From the NCBI GenBank assembly GCA_020697515.1, contig JAIXNB010000022.1, positions 1 to 13,290 of the forward strand: DNA of 13,290 nt, given 5' to 3'. The notes beneath the pieces are model-generated. The model saw nothing but the letters and a program-made list of their open reading frames with translations, had not been told where the DNA came from and searched no databases. The stretch is from Nanobdellota archaeon (lineage in GTDB: Archaea > Nanobdellota > Nanobdellia > Nanobdellales > Nanobdellaceae). Position 1 is the first letter of the stretch. Each line of letters starts with the position of its first letter. Below are positions 13,264 through 13,290 of the stretch, piece by piece. A program made the position numbers and the translations under genes.

Positions 13264-13290
13264 TAGCTTTATACTTCGGATCTCTTCAAA

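Noticed and set aside
1-13290. Search for CRISPR arrays, transposases or integrases, long repeats, tRNA introns, inteins, or a defence or mobile island
   Set aside because: I found no spaced direct repeats of CRISPR type and no recombinase-like ORFs. The tRNAs fold without introns. Top6 and RFC are uninterrupted, and the tRNA genes are not flanked by att-like duplicated tRNA fragments that I could see. The region looks like conserved core genome.

Overview
This is an AT-rich archaeal chromosome segment, roughly one third G+C by eye, in which the only strongly GC-rich islands are three tRNA genes. That contrast is typical of a hyperthermophile. The gene content (Top6B/Top6A, RFC large subunit, AGOG glycosylase, archaeal-type peroxiredoxin, aDim2, Lrp/AsnC, DUF134), the C/D box sRNAs, and TATA-like elements about 26 nt upstream of many ATGs (leaderless mRNAs) point to a crenarchaeal (Thermoproteota)-like organism. 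The exact taxon cannot be determined here. I support 16 protein-coding genes, 3 intron-less tRNAs without encoded CCA (Leu-CAG, Ala-UGC, Gly-UCC), and 3 C/D box sRNAs that the ORF track cannot show. I also support several core-promoter and terminator candidates. Three track ORFs start at upstream TTG codons and are better explained by internal ATGs that sit at the canonical TATA distance. All listed antisense ORFs look like shadow ORFs. I see no CRISPR array, mobile element, integrase, toxin-antitoxin pair or defence island, and no convincing multi-gene novel system; this reads as a core housekeeping region. The best leads are the three unannotated C/D box sRNAs, one abutting a ribosome-biogenesis GTPase gene. 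Others are a 108-aa HxCxxC ORF translationally coupled to AGOG, and a 77-aa Trp/Cys-rich basic ORF divergent from a DUF134 regulator across a spacer with a perfect 13-nt direct repeat. A single palindromic TATA element is also shared by the divergent peroxiredoxin and Lrp genes. Finally, a 2-oxoacid:ferredoxin oxidoreductase beta-subunit gene sits behind about 200 nt of non-coding, repeat-bearing sequence instead of an alpha-subunit gene.
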